Shown here: positions 52,433 to 63,374 of the stretch, in pieces | Numbering within the stretch: the first letter of the stretch is position 1 | Layout of the letters: each line of letters starts with the position of its first letter | Source of the DNA: Candidatus Hydrogenedentota bacterium | GTDB taxonomy: Bacteria; Hydrogenedentota; Hydrogenedentia; Hydrogenedentales; SLHB01 | NCBI GenBank assembly: GCA_963668025.2 | Contig: CAXXTH010000010.1 | Location: 1,360,456 to 1,424,455 of the forward strand | DNA: 64,000 bases | Reading direction: 5' to 3' | Program-made: the position numbers and the translations under genes | Notes under the pieces: model-generated | Database searches by the model: none | Told to the model about the DNA's origin: nothing | The model's input: only the letters and a program-made list of their open reading frames with translations

Positions 52433-54091
52433 TTACTCGATGAGCTTTTTTCGGGTAATGGCGTACCAGTTCCATTCATTCGCGGCGGGGCGTATTTTAG
52501 GTGAAAACAGGCTGGCCAAATAGCCTACAAGGAGTGTAAAAATCAAGCCTATCGTCGACGGCCAGATAAAGCTGATGCCGATTCCTTTCTCGGCTACTTC
52601 CGCCGGGAAAAGCCTCAACATGAATGAAAATGTGGTGTTGAGCATTTCGGGGGAACTCCAGCAGATGGCATATAAAGAGGCCAGGGCGCCAACAAGGCCT
52701 CCAATAAATACGCCCACTTCGTTGGCGCGCCGGGTAAACATGCCAAGCAGGAAAATGCCCAGTATGGGGCCCGTGAACCCATTGACAAGCTTATTCGCAA
52801 TTTCCAGTATGGTGCCTAGTTTAGATACGTTTATGGCAATCAATATGCCGGTAATTCCTATCGCCGCGGTAATACAGCGGGATATAAACACCTGGCGGCG
52901 CTGCTCATATTCCGAGAGTTCCTCGATGCTTTCATTCGGCATTGCTTTGTTTGAAAGGCGTTTGTAAAAATCCACCATGACCACTGTACATATGGAGTTA
53001 ATGGCGGAGTCAATGCTGGATAAGGAGGCGGCTAGTATGGCCGAAATAACAAGCCCGGTCATTCCGATTGGAAATATTTTGCCCATGAAATATGGGAACA
53101 ATTGGTCGGGGTTGTCTTGTATTTCCTGCGGCGGCCATCCGTTGGCTTGAAAATAAGTATAGAGGGCGACGCCTAGGAAACACAGTGCAAACATCCAGAT
53201 GGTATCGCCAATAGCGGTGATCAAAAAGCCCTGGCGCGCGTCGCGTATGGATTTGGATGTTTGGAAGCGTTGAATCATGACTTGATCGCTCGTGTATGTG
53301 GTGACACGGGAGAGCAAAGCGGCAAACAGGAAACCCAGAAGCGGAATCGGAATGAAGAAATAAGCCATTGTATGGGCCCAAAATCCCTTGTCCGCCAGTT
53401 CTGGAGTTTCCACATATTTTTCAGAACCTACGGCAAATAGATTGCTAAACATGGCGCTTAGCCCGCCATCAACTCGCAGAAAGATTACAAAAAATGTAAC
53501 CGCCAGGCCGCCGAACATGATGCAAAACTGAGTGACATCAGTCCAAATGACCGCTTTGATGCCTCCCATCATGGTGTAAAAAGTGACCACGATGCCTAAT
53601 ATAATTACCATGTAGGTGACATATTCTCGATGGCCAGAAGCTACTGCGATGGCCAGGCAAGGCGTGTATAGCGCAGCGGCCATCCAGCCCATCCGCCAAA
53701 AGATAAATATGCTTGCGGTCAGCAGGCGGACCGAAGCGCCGAAGCGGTGCTCAAGATATTCATATACAGTGTAACCACCCATGCGCCGGAACATCGGAAG
53801 GGTGATAAAAAAGACGTAAGGGTATAGGAAGAACCACGTCAGGTTGACTACCATCAAAACAGCGCCGAACTTAATCATGCCAGCAGGCTGCATGATGTAG
53901 TCCATCCCGCTGTTAAGCGCCGCCATGAGGGACAAGCCTATGGGCACCCATCGGATGGATTTGCCAGCAAGGAAGAAGTCTTTCAAATCTTTCTGTTTAC
54001 GAGAGTGATACACCCCTATCCCGACCAAAGCTAACAAATATGCCACTAAAATAAGCATGTCGATCCAGTGTAAATGAAGTGATTTGTCCAC
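52433..54091 (-). CDS. Sodium:solute symporter (SSS family, SiaT/YidK-like)
   Basis: YEYLEHRFG, GGIKAVIWTD, DQVMIQRF, AASLSSIDSAINS; GGAGG RBS before GTG at 54091. Confidence 0.93.
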   Translation of the reverse strand: MDKSLHLHWIDMLILVAYLLALVGIGVYHSRKQKDLKDFFLAGKSIRWVPIGLSLMAALNSGMDYIMQPAGMIKFGAVLMVVNLTWFFLYPYVFFITLPMFRRMGGYTVYEYLEHRFGASVRLLTASIFIFWRMGWMAAALYTPCLAIAVASGHREYVTYMVIILGIVVTFYTMMGGIKAVIWTDVTQFCIMFGGLAVTFFVIFLRVDGGLSAMFSNLFAVGSEKYVETPELADKGFWAHTMAYFFIPIPLLGFLFAALLSRVTTYTSDQVMIQRFQTSKSIRDARQGFLITAIGDTIWMFALCFLGVALYTYFQANGWPPQEIQDNPDQLFPYFMGKIFPIGMTGLVISAILAASLSSIDSAINSICTVVMVDFYKRLSNKAMPNESIEELSEYEQRRQVFISRCITAAIGITGILIAINVSKLGTILEIANKLVNGFTGPILGIFLLGMFTRRANEVGVFIGGLVGALASLYAICWSSPEMLNTTFSFMLRLFPAEVAEKGIGISFIWPSTIGLIFTLLVGYLASLFSPKIRPAANEWNWYAITRKKLIE

Positions 54092-54443
54092 GCACATCCC
54101 CTCCGGCCTAGATAGGCTCGAATTGTCAGCTCCCAGTTTGGGAAAGGCCAACTAGCTCGCTAAAAGACAATGATGAACCATGCTGCTATACGTATTGCAA
54201 TTCGAGTAGAAAATATCATCCAAAATGTGGGATTGTCAAGAGCAAAGATACGCGATATAAAAAATAATGCGTTAAATGGAGGCAGCCTGAAGGTTTTTTC
54301 TTTGAAAATGCTTGACATACGTATCTCTGCACGTGTATCCTTTTGCTGCATTCTTCATGGTATTGCGTTCGCTCTTTGCCGCGTGGTTGGCGTTACAAAG
54401 CGGGCGTGTTTGCTCGTGAACGATTTTTACAGGAGGGCACTGA

Positions 54444-57245
54444 ATGCGGGTTTGTTTTGTGATTTTTATGGCCGCAACTACATACGCCCTTGGCGAAACG
54501 TGGGAGGAGCGCGGTTTTCAAGATTTTATAGATGGTTCGTTCAATGACAGCGGGGCCAATATGTTTGTTACCGCCAAAGGCAGCATCCAAATGGCCAATC
54601 GCTGGGACGTGAATAAAGATGGCAATATCGACATTTTGTGTGTGAATAGCCACCCTTTAGTTGAAATGCTGGATATGTCCATATATTGGGGGAATGGGAA
54701 AGATTTTAGCTGCAATAATCGGTCTTATGTGCCCGCGGATGGCCCTATGTGGGTGGTGCCCGCGGATTTGAACAAAGATAACGCCACGGATCTGGTGGTT
54801 GCGAATTATTCGAATGGCACATGGACCCAGATGGATTCTTCCATTTATTGGGGCGGGTCTGATTCCAATGCTCCGGTTACGGAAGGCTGGTCCGCTTATC
54901 CTTTTAAAGGCAAGACGGATTTGCCTGCCCAAAATACGCAGGGGGCCGCCGTAGGCGATCTAAATGGGGATGGCTGGCCCGATATCGTCTTCGCGTTTTC
55001 CAGCGGATTTTGGGAGTATCGTAAAGAGAAGGATCCAATGGTGTCGCCTTCACGGATCTATTGGAGCCGGGAAGGCGCATTTACGCGAGAAAATTTTACC
55101 GAACTTGCGTCAAAAGGCGCTACAGATGTGGATCTGGCCGATTTTAATCAGGATGGACTCCTTGATATTGCTTTTGCGAATGGGATGGGAGAGGCATCAT
55201 ACATCTATCTGAACAGCCAGGCAGGATTTTCCGAAGCGGCCCGGCTTGAGCTTCCCACCAAAACGGCTTCGGCGGTCAAGGCCGCTGATATAGATAATGA
55301 TGGATGGCCCGATGCGGTGTTTGCCCAGGAATCGGCGGCTGTGTCCGTGGCATATTTGAATAAACACGGCAAATTCCCCGAACGGGCTAAAGTGGAATTT
55401 GAGACCTATACATCCAAGGATGTGGTGGTGGCCGACTTTAATAATGATGGCCATGCGGATGTGTTCTTCACTAATCATCAACAGGCATGGCAAGACGAGG
55501 CCCGGCTAGGGAATCGCGTCATCGAATCCTTCCTGTATTACGGATCAGGAAAAGGATTTTCAAACGAGCACCGCAAATCTTTGCAAACAATTGGCGCTTG
55601 GGGAGCAAATGCGGCCGATTTTAACGGAGATGGCTGGATCGATCTGCTCGTATGTAATTTCCAAGAAGCGTATTCCTATGAAGTGCCATCTTTTGTCTAT
55701 TGGAACAGTCCAGAAGGATTTGATGTGACCCGGCGCACGCCTTTGTATGAGCACGGCGCTCAAGGGAACGCGGTCGCGGATTTCAATAACGACGGTTTTC
55801 TGGATATCTTAATCACTAACATGATGGGTAATTCACGCGGAGACTATGATCCAAATTATTTATATTGGGGCAACGATAAAGGCCAATATGATGCAAGCAG
55901 CCGGATCTCGCTTGTTGGCCGGGAGGCGTATGAGCAGGCGTTCGCGGATCTCGACAATGATGGCGACGTGGATATCCTACTACTGAATCAAGGCGAAGTG
56001 GCCCGGTATGAAAATGAGTGCTGGATATATTGGAATAAGGATAACGCATTCAGTACATGGCGCATCACTGGGCTTCCCGCATATAAAGGCGTTGGTGTAG
56101 AGACCGCCGATTTGGATCGGGATGGCTATCTAGACATCATTATCGGGAACTTTGGCAATTATGTGAAGGATGGCCCTATTGATCCTGGTTCTTTCATCTA
56201 TTGGGGCGGCAAGGATGGCTATGTTATTTCAGAACGCACCGCCCTGCCCGTTATGGAATGCAGAGGCCCATCCATTGCCGACTTAAATAAGGATCATCAT
56301 TTGGATTTGGTTTTTGCAGGGCCTAATACGTGCATTTTCTGGGGGGATGGTACGAGAAAGTATGGTGCGGAGCGCATGCAGCCGATCCCAGGCACGTTTG
56401 GGCGAAATAATCATCAAACAGAAATAGCGGATCTAAACAAAGATGGGCTGCTTGACATCGTTTTTGCTGGTGAGAGCACCATCATTTATTACGGCGATGA
56501 AAAATACACATATGCGCAGCCTAATGTACTTAAAATACCTTCAAAAACAATGACGATTGGCGATGTCAATGATGATGGATGGCTCGATCTGGTCTGCCCT
56601 CTTTATAAGATTGGCGGAAAGCGTTCCGCCGATTCGAGCGTTCTTTTGGGTAGCCCACAAGGGTATAACTTAGATCGTTGCCTGAAATTTTTTACGGATG
56701 GCGGAACGGGTTCCATCATAAGTGACTTTAATTTTGATGGCTACACGGATCTATTTTTTTTCTGCCACCGGCAAGATGGCCGTGCGGATATTGCGGGTGA
56801 ATTTGGGGATCACCATACCAATTCGCGCTTGTACTGGGGAAGCGCGGAAGGCTTTAAGCCAGAGAATTATCTTCCAATACCTAGCATCGGGGCGCATTAC
56901 GATGTAGGAATTGATATCGGCCATATTGCGAATCGCGGCTTTGTTTATGAATATGTTTCTTCGCCATACAGTACAAAAGGGAAGCTTCCAAGCCAGATTG
57001 ATTGGGAGGCCGTGTGTCCACCACGCACCTCAATAAGATTCCAACTACGTGGAGCGGCCACGCAGGAATCCCTTTTAACAGCTCCCTGGACAGGGCCCAG
57101 CGGCGAGGATTCGTTTTACACGGAAGTGGGAGGCGCTATCCATATGGAAGGAAAGCCTGCTTGGCTTCAATATCGTGTGTTATTTGATACATGTAATGGT
57201 GCTTCCTCTCCAGAGCTGAATGCGGTGGAAATCTCTCTAGAATAA
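54444..57245 (+). CDS. Secreted FG-GAP/VCBS repeat beta-propeller protein
   Basis: More than a dozen DxNxDGxxD repeats with S-x-IYWG segments; signal peptide; AGGAGG RBS. Confidence 0.9.
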   Translation: MRVCFVIFMAATTYALGETWEERGFQDFIDGSFNDSGANMFVTAKGSIQMANRWDVNKDGNIDILCVNSHPLVEMLDMSIYWGNGKDFSCNNRSYVPADGPMWVVPADLNKDNATDLVVANYSNGTWTQMDSSIYWGGSDSNAPVTEGWSAYPFKGKTDLPAQNTQGAAVGDLNGDGWPDIVFAFSSGFWEYRKEKDPMVSPSRIYWSREGAFTRENFTELASKGATDVDLADFNQDGLLDIAFANGMGEASYIYLNSQAGFSEAARLELPTKTASAVKAADIDNDGWPDAVFAQESAAVSVAYLNKHGKFPERAKVEFETYTSKDVVVADFNNDGHADVFFTNHQQAWQDEARLGNRVIESFLYYGSGKGFSNEHRKSLQTIGAWGANAADFNGDGWIDLLVCNFQEAYSYEVPSFVYWNSPEGFDVTRRTPLYEHGAQGNAVADFNNDGFLDILITNMMGNSRGDYDPNYLYWGNDKGQYDASSRISLVGREAYEQAFADLDNDGDVDILLLNQGEVARYENECWIYWNKDNAFSTWRITGLPAYKGVGVETADLDRDGYLDIIIGNFGNYVKDGPIDPGSFIYWGGKDGYVISERTALPVMECRGPSIADLNKDHHLDLVFAGPNTCIFWGDGTRKYGAERMQPIPGTFGRNNHQTEIADLNKDGLLDIVFAGESTIIYYGDEKYTYAQPNVLKIPSKTMTIGDVNDDGWLDLVCPLYKIGGKRSADSSVLLGSPQGYNLDRCLKFFTDGGTGSIISDFNFDGYTDLFFFCHRQDGRADIAGEFGDHHTNSRLYWGSAEGFKPENYLPIPSIGAHYDVGIDIGHIANRGFVYEYVSSPYSTKGKLPSQIDWEAVCPPRTSIRFQLRGAATQESLLTAPWTGPSGEDSFYTEVGGAIHMEGKPAWLQYRVLFDTCNGASSPELNAVEISLE

Positions 57246-57274
57246 CTAACGGAACTAAAAAGGAGTATGTATCT

Positions 57275-58861
57275 ATGTCCGCAGCTTTTATTATCGCAGT
57301 ATGTTTTCATATGGCTGCTCTGTTGCCACTAGGAATGCCAGATCTCGAAGCCATAGGCCCGCATACTATCGTTGTTCCGTTTGAGCAATTTCAGCAAGTC
57401 CGTTATGTCTCCATACAAGATGGAAATGATGAAGAAGGAACAGGGAGCAAGGAGGCTCCTTGGAAAAATCTTGCATATGCAATCGGGCAAATTAATGATG
57501 CTTCGACAAAAAATTCATATGCTATTCTTGTAGCGGCGGGGAAATATGACCATGGTGTTATAAAGATGAAAGAAAATGTTTCGTTATTTGGAGGATTCGA
57601 CCCTACAACATGGGAGCGTGATGTATTCAAGCATCCAGCAGTGCTATCCGGAGGAGGCGTACGACGTGTAGTGGAAGGATCGAATAATTGCTGGCTAGAT
57701 GGCTTTGTGATCACGGAAGGATGCAGCCAGGGCCCTGGTGCGGGCATTTTGTGTGAAGATGCATCACCACACATTTCAAATAATACTATTACGGCCAATA
57801 AGACAATAGAGCCGACCGCACACAATCCAGCAAGAATTCATCAGCGTGGAAATGACGGCGGCGGAATGGCATGTCTATTTAATTCGTATCCGATCATTGA
57901 GAACAATGCCATTTATAACAATCAAACAAGCGTAGGCACGGGCGCAGGAGTGTCGTTTTATGGATGGATACGCCCCGCCGAGCTGCCTAGGCCAAAGCTG
58001 TTCCGCAACATTATTGCAGGCAACCGTTCTGGAACTACTGATTTTGGACGCACGCGAAGCAATAGCGGAGGAGCGGTTTCTTGCATGTATGAAGCTTCTC
58101 CCGTAATTGAAGAAAATCTCATCATTGGCAATAGCGCTGGAGGACGCAGTGATGCGGGCGGTGTATATTGCGAATATGAAGCAAGTCCCTTGATTAAGCA
58201 CAATTGGATATTGGGAAATACCAGCGAAGATGATGGCTCCGCCATTTATACCATGCGGGACTCAGAACCTAGTATCGAATCCAACGTGATCATGGGGAAT
58301 GGCAATAGCAACAGCAGCGTGGTGCGGGTAAGCAAAGAAGGGCGCGCCATAATTAATGGAAATTACATCGCTCATAACCAAGGCGGCAATGCAGTGCAAT
58401 GTACAGATGGTTATATGGAATGCACCAATAACGTAATCACGGATAACCGCTTGGGGTATGGACTCGGGATCTCCCAACAATATCATCACTTCGCTCCGGC
58501 CAAGATTGCAAATAATATGATCCAGCGTAATGAAAAAGGCGCGGTAATTTTTTCTGGAAACGGGGAGCATAGTTGTGTGATTGAGAACTGCGCCATGGAT
58601 GAATTGCCTGCGGACAAAGAGCTGGCTGGAATAATCGTAAAAGCTACTTATAAAAATTTGGATGAAGTTAGTTATACATTCCAGATCGAGTCCAAAATGG
58701 ATGATGTTGATCCTGGCGCCGTGGTGAGGGTTGGTAATGTTTGGGGGGTCATTAGTGGCAGGGACAGCGAGAAGCTCACCTTTATTGCCGCTCCCACGAG
58801 TACTATACAAAATAACGCCGTATATGAATTGGAGATTTTCTCTCTTCCTAAGGAATCATGA
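57275..58861 (+). CDS. Secreted right-handed parallel beta-helix protein (DUF1565-like)
   Basis: GNDEEGTGSKEAPWK start motif; repeated SPxIxxNxIxxN...GGG units. Confidence 0.85.
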   Translation: MSAAFIIAVCFHMAALLPLGMPDLEAIGPHTIVVPFEQFQQVRYVSIQDGNDEEGTGSKEAPWKNLAYAIGQINDASTKNSYAILVAAGKYDHGVIKMKENVSLFGGFDPTTWERDVFKHPAVLSGGGVRRVVEGSNNCWLDGFVITEGCSQGPGAGILCEDASPHISNNTITANKTIEPTAHNPARIHQRGNDGGGMACLFNSYPIIENNAIYNNQTSVGTGAGVSFYGWIRPAELPRPKLFRNIIAGNRSGTTDFGRTRSNSGGAVSCMYEASPVIEENLIIGNSAGGRSDAGGVYCEYEASPLIKHNWILGNTSEDDGSAIYTMRDSEPSIESNVIMGNGNSNSSVVRVSKEGRAIINGNYIAHNQGGNAVQCTDGYMECTNNVITDNRLGYGLGISQQYHHFAPAKIANNMIQRNEKGAVIFSGNGEHSCVIENCAMDELPADKELAGIIVKATYKNLDEVSYTFQIESKMDDVDPGAVVRVGNVWGVISGRDSEKLTFIAAPTSTIQNNAVYELEIFSLPKES

Positions 58862-58913
58862 AGATTTTAAGCGGATCCGCCTGGTTGAAGTAAAAAGCAA
58901 GGAGAGAGGCATA

Positions 58914-60386
58914 ATGTATAGACTGAACCATTCACTGCAAGTATCGTTTGCAATATTGATGGCTATGGCAATCCATTTTATGCCGTATGCGCCAGCGCGC
59001 GCCGGGCAAATATTTCAAGATTTTTCCTCTGATCCTGGATGGGAAGGCCGTAGCAATGTTTTTCCGGAAGGGGAAAGCCAAGCCATTCATCAGGATTTTG
59101 GATATTCAGCTACGCAATATGCGGGAGGGGAGGCTGGAGAAATTGGCGGAATGGTACAGCGCTCATTCACTCCCGCCCTTTATGCAGCAGCTATTCCAGA
59201 GAATACCCTTGATGATCGTTTATATGCATCCGGAAAATTCTCGATACCGAGCTGCAACCCCGGCAGTGGTGTGCTGGTGGGCTGGTTCAATGAAAACTCC
59301 AGAGGGTGGAGGACTCCTAACTCGATGGCATTTCGCATAGATGGGGAAGACAATAAATATCGAGTGCTATTCGAGTATGGAACAAAGCAGTGGGGGACAG
59401 GAGGGGGCGCCACGTTCGAGGGCATCTACCAGACGACAAAAACTCCGATGTTTTTGGCTGGCGGCGATTCCCACGAGTGGGCTCTTGAATATGATCCTCT
59501 TGGTGCGGATGGGGCTGGGGAAATCCTTTTTACACTTGATGGTTCCGTGTACAAAGCACCATTGGAGCCCGGCCACAAGGAACAAGGCGCTGCCTTCAAC
59601 CGTTTTGGTATTTTTAACCAACAGATTTCGGGAGACAGCTTGTCTATTTACCTCGATGATTTAACTATCGATGAAAAATATGAGGAGTTCACCCAGGAGC
59701 CGCAATGGCTGGGCATCGGGAACCGTACAACCTTTCAGAACAAAATTGTCCGGCCCTATCATCATTTTGGTTACCGCAACACGCAGTATGCGGGAGGCGC
59801 TTCTGTGGGGGAAGTGGGCGGCATTATGTGGCGGAACGAAAGCATGGAACCGGAAAGAAGCGGGTTCTATGCTGTGCCGGCCGGGAAGCTCACGCTGGAT
59901 CAAGAGCTGAAAGCTTCAGGGAAGATCGCGTTTTGCGCAGGCTCCGCAGATAGCGGAATACTGATTGGCTGGTTTAACTCCAACACCTTCGTTGGCGCTC
60001 CTCCCATGAATTCACTGTGTGTATATATGGAAGGTCCTAGCCGGATTGGGCATTATTTCCGCCCTGCATACGGTTCTTCAGAAGATATCGTGCAGGTTAT
60101 GGATCATGGCCCTATTATTCGTCCGGATGGAAAGCCTCACGAATGGACACTGCATTATACGCCCGGCCCAAAAGGGGAAAGGGGAGTTATTTTGGTCACC
60201 CTTGATGGAGAACGTATTTCCATGGAAGTATCGCCGGAGGCGGGAAAAGGCAATGCCGTCTTTGATCGTTTCGGTTTTCTAAGTTTTAACCGGGGCGGCC
60301 ATTTCGTGGAAGTGTATGTGGATGACCTTTCTTATACCTCTGGCGAAGAGCAACCAGAAGGGTCGAAAGGAGAGCCACTTAGATGA
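58914..60386 (+). CDS. Secreted hypothetical protein with two tandem homologous beta-rich domains
   Basis: GGAGAGG RBS before MYRL; signal peptide ending ARA; internal duplication. Confidence 0.8.
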   Translation: MYRLNHSLQVSFAILMAMAIHFMPYAPARAGQIFQDFSSDPGWEGRSNVFPEGESQAIHQDFGYSATQYAGGEAGEIGGMVQRSFTPALYAAAIPENTLDDRLYASGKFSIPSCNPGSGVLVGWFNENSRGWRTPNSMAFRIDGEDNKYRVLFEYGTKQWGTGGGATFEGIYQTTKTPMFLAGGDSHEWALEYDPLGADGAGEILFTLDGSVYKAPLEPGHKEQGAAFNRFGIFNQQISGDSLSIYLDDLTIDEKYEEFTQEPQWLGIGNRTTFQNKIVRPYHHFGYRNTQYAGGASVGEVGGIMWRNESMEPERSGFYAVPAGKLTLDQELKASGKIAFCAGSADSGILIGWFNSNTFVGAPPMNSLCVYMEGPSRIGHYFRPAYGSSEDIVQVMDHGPIIRPDGKPHEWTLHYTPGPKGERGVILVTLDGERISMEVSPEAGKGNAVFDRFGFLSFNRGGHFVEVYVDDLSYTSGEEQPEGSKGEPLR

Positions 60387-60527
60387 AAACGATCTTGCTA
60401 CTAGGATTGCAAGCCGGTTTTCGTGGACGGCCTCTAGTTGCAGGATAACATGGAGCGTTCTCGTTTGATGCTTTATTCCACCCTAAGTTTGTCCTAAAGA
60501 AGCCATCAATTTTGGATTTGAAATAAA

Positions 60528-63374
60528 ATGACGGATGTACTAATGACAGGTTATACTAAATTAAGTGAGCGCCAAAGCGTGGCTCAGCACGTAAAAGAAC
60601 GGGTAATCGTTCCGGTCGTTTCCTCGACGCATTATGATAGGGAATGGCGTTTTTCATTTCAACAAACACGCTCTCAACTGCGGGATTTGATCGATCATCT
60701 TTTAGATTTACTAGATACGCAGCCCGATTTTCCCCATTACCAACTCGACGGGCAAAGCATAATTCTAGAAGATTATCTTGGATTGCGGCGAGACCGGGAA
60801 AATGATATTAAGCGCCTTATGCAGCAGGGCAAGCTATCTGCAGGGCCTTGGTATACGCTGCCCGATATGAATTGTGTTGGCGGTGAATCGATCATACGAA
60901 ATCTATTGATCGGAAAGCGAGTCACGCAGCGATTCGGCCCTGTTATGCAAGCAGGCTATACAGCAACAGGGTTTGGCCAGATATCCCAATTGCCGCAGAT
61001 TTATGCCGGTTTTGGAATCGATACCGCCTTCTTTTATCGAGGCCCAGATCGTTCAAAACTTCCAAAGGAATTCCTATGGGAATCTCCTGATGGTTCTCGT
61101 GTTATCGCATATACGTTTACTCCGGAATTTGGCCGGCTCAATCTCTTTTTTTGCATCACAAGGCATGTGCTTTTTGATCAAGCCTTCTATGAGCGTGAGC
61201 AAAAATGGAATCTGGAGGAAGGACCGTTCCGGCTTGATGATGATCGTACGCGCTGGGATTTATATTATCTTGCCCGAAATTATGAAGGATTGCACACTGA
61301 AGAACTGGTTGAAAATGTAAGAAAACTAATAGATACAGAAACATGCCATTCATCATTAGATACATTTCTCGTTATGGATGGTTCAGATTCAACCGAAGCC
61401 CAGCCTAAAACCCCTGCTATCTTGGAAGAGATGAACAAGGTTTGCACCACACATGAGTTCGTACAGGCCACCTTGGAAGATTTTGCTGATATATTGCGCA
61501 AGCAAAAGCAGAAGCTCCCGGTTTTTAGGGGCGAGATGCATACGGCAGCCAAACATGGAATTCAAGCTAATCTGTATGGAGACACCTTAACCGCAAGGAT
61601 TGATCTAAAATCAGCCAACGCCCAAGCGGAGCGCAAACTCATTCACTGGGCGGAACCATTCGCCGCATTTGCGTGGTGTATGGGCGCTGAGTATCCTCGG
61701 CGCATGCTAGATGAAGCTTGGAGCTATCTCCTCCAAAACCAATGCCATGATAGCATTGGCGGATGTGGGCAGGATATTGTCCACCGTCAGATGAATTATA
61801 AATATAGTGAACTGATGGAAATCGCGGATGAAGCAACCCGAATAAGTCTTTATGAATTAGCCACCTGCATAAATACAGACTCGTTTGCCGGGGAAGACAT
61901 GCTTATAACCGTTTTTAATCCGCAACCAAGGGCGATGGACGCTATAATTGAAGCGAAAATCGATATTCCCTCTGAAAAGGCTGCGAAGTCGCTACGTATA
62001 GCCACGCCAGAAGGCGCTCTTGTTCCTCATGAATCCCTTGCGGTGCAGCTTGGGAAACAGGTATTGATTCACAGGCCAAAAGATGCCCCTGGGATGTATT
62101 GCATGGATAGATGGCGGGTGAGGTTCCATGCGAAAGGCATTCCTGGATGTGGATGGAGTGTGTTCAAAGTGGCGGCTGCTGATGGCCCGGCTTCCTTTGT
62201 AGAGGCCGCGCTGGCCGATGCAGCACCGGAATGTGTTATAGAGAATGAATATATGCGCCTTTCCGTTTCACCAAATGGCGCATTTAACCTATATGACAAG
62301 GAAAGAGACCTAGCTTTTTTGGAGCTTGGAGGGCTTGCGGATCGAGGTGAAGCGGGCAATGTGTATAGCCATGCCCGGCCCGAGAATGATTGCACTGTCC
62401 AAGGCCCAAACGCAGGTGATTTCTCTGTTCTGATATCGAAGGGCGCACTCGCCTCCACATTATGCATTCAATATGTGCTCTTTGTCCCGGAAACATCTGG
62501 CATTGCAGCGAGGGCAAGTGAAACTGTTCCTATTTCCGTTCGCGTGACTGCGACGCTGCATGCAAGCTCACGCTATGTTGAATTGAAGTATGAAATAAAC
62601 AATGAGGCTCATAACCATCAGCTTCGCGTGATGTTTCCTACTGGCTTTACGGCAGCGAAAGAATCCATAGCGGATATGCCATTTGATATTCTCAAACGAG
62701 CCATACAACAAGAAGACACCAGTGATTGGTTTGAACGGGGATATCCCAATCACCCCATGCGGCATTTTTGCGCGGTTGCTGATGAGAGAGCAGGGCTTGC
62801 TGTTGCAACCCGTGGGCTGAGTGAGTACGAAGTGCTCGATGATCATGAGCGTACTATCGCCATAACATTATTGAGATGCGTGCAGGCAGAAACGCCCAAG
62901 CTCAAGGAGCCGGATGAGTCCCAATTGGATTCCCAGATGCTGGGTGCGCATGTGTTCGAATTCGCAATTATTCCATTCGATTCGCCGGATACTATTTCGG
63001 ATATATATGAGATCGCCCAGCAGTTCGTATTGCCTCCGCGTATGGCGCAAATAGGGAAACAGCGCGGAGCGCTACCGCCTAGGCATTCCTTCCTCACCAT
63101 ATCCAAGCCTTTCGCATTGAGCGCTATTAAGGCGAACGAGCAAGGAAATGCCTTAATCGTGCGTGTATGGAATGTATCGCCATCCAGGGCGGAGGGAGAA
63201 TTGCGGTTTGGAATTGAGCTGGCTGAGGCTTGGCGCACCTCGCTGTCCGAGGAGAGAAGCGAAGCGATGCAGATTGAAGATGGAAAGGTGATACGCTTTT
63301 GTGCAAATCCTCATGAGATAGTGACCATGGAAGTATGGCCAGTCCATCACGCAGGCAAGGAGATTGCGCGATGA
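60528..63374 (+). CDS. GH38 alpha-mannosidase-like protein with non-canonical nucleophile motif
   Basis: THYDREW, LDGQ, GPWY, GGESIIRNL, CHDSIGGC, GLSEYE, ITLLR. Confidence 0.9.
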   Translation: MTDVLMTGYTKLSERQSVAQHVKERVIVPVVSSTHYDREWRFSFQQTRSQLRDLIDHLLDLLDTQPDFPHYQLDGQSIILEDYLGLRRDRENDIKRLMQQGKLSAGPWYTLPDMNCVGGESIIRNLLIGKRVTQRFGPVMQAGYTATGFGQISQLPQIYAGFGIDTAFFYRGPDRSKLPKEFLWESPDGSRVIAYTFTPEFGRLNLFFCITRHVLFDQAFYEREQKWNLEEGPFRLDDDRTRWDLYYLARNYEGLHTEELVENVRKLIDTETCHSSLDTFLVMDGSDSTEAQPKTPAILEEMNKVCTTHEFVQATLEDFADILRKQKQKLPVFRGEMHTAAKHGIQANLYGDTLTARIDLKSANAQAERKLIHWAEPFAAFAWCMGAEYPRRMLDEAWSYLLQNQCHDSIGGCGQDIVHRQMNYKYSELMEIADEATRISLYELATCINTDSFAGEDMLITVFNPQPRAMDAIIEAKIDIPSEKAAKSLRIATPEGALVPHESLAVQLGKQVLIHRPKDAPGMYCMDRWRVRFHAKGIPGCGWSVFKVAAADGPASFVEAALADAAPECVIENEYMRLSVSPNGAFNLYDKERDLAFLELGGLADRGEAGNVYSHARPENDCTVQGPNAGDFSVLISKGALASTLCIQYVLFVPETSGIAARASETVPISVRVTATLHASSRYVELKYEINNEAHNHQLRVMFPTGFTAAKESIADMPFDILKRAIQQEDTSDWFERGYPNHPMRHFCAVADERAGLAVATRGLSEYEVLDDHERTIAITLLRCVQAETPKLKEPDESQLDSQMLGAHVFEFAIIPFDSPDTISDIYEIAQQFVLPPRMAQIGKQRGALPPRHSFLTISKPFALSAIKANEQGNALIVRVWNVSPSRAEGELRFGIELAEAWRTSLSEERSEAMQIEDGKVIRFCANPHEIVTMEVWPVHHAGKEIAR

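Noticed and set aside
54444-57245. CRISPR-like or DNA-level periodic repeat
   Set aside because: The periodicity is at protein level (FG-GAP); no identical repeat-spacer array here or elsewhere in the window
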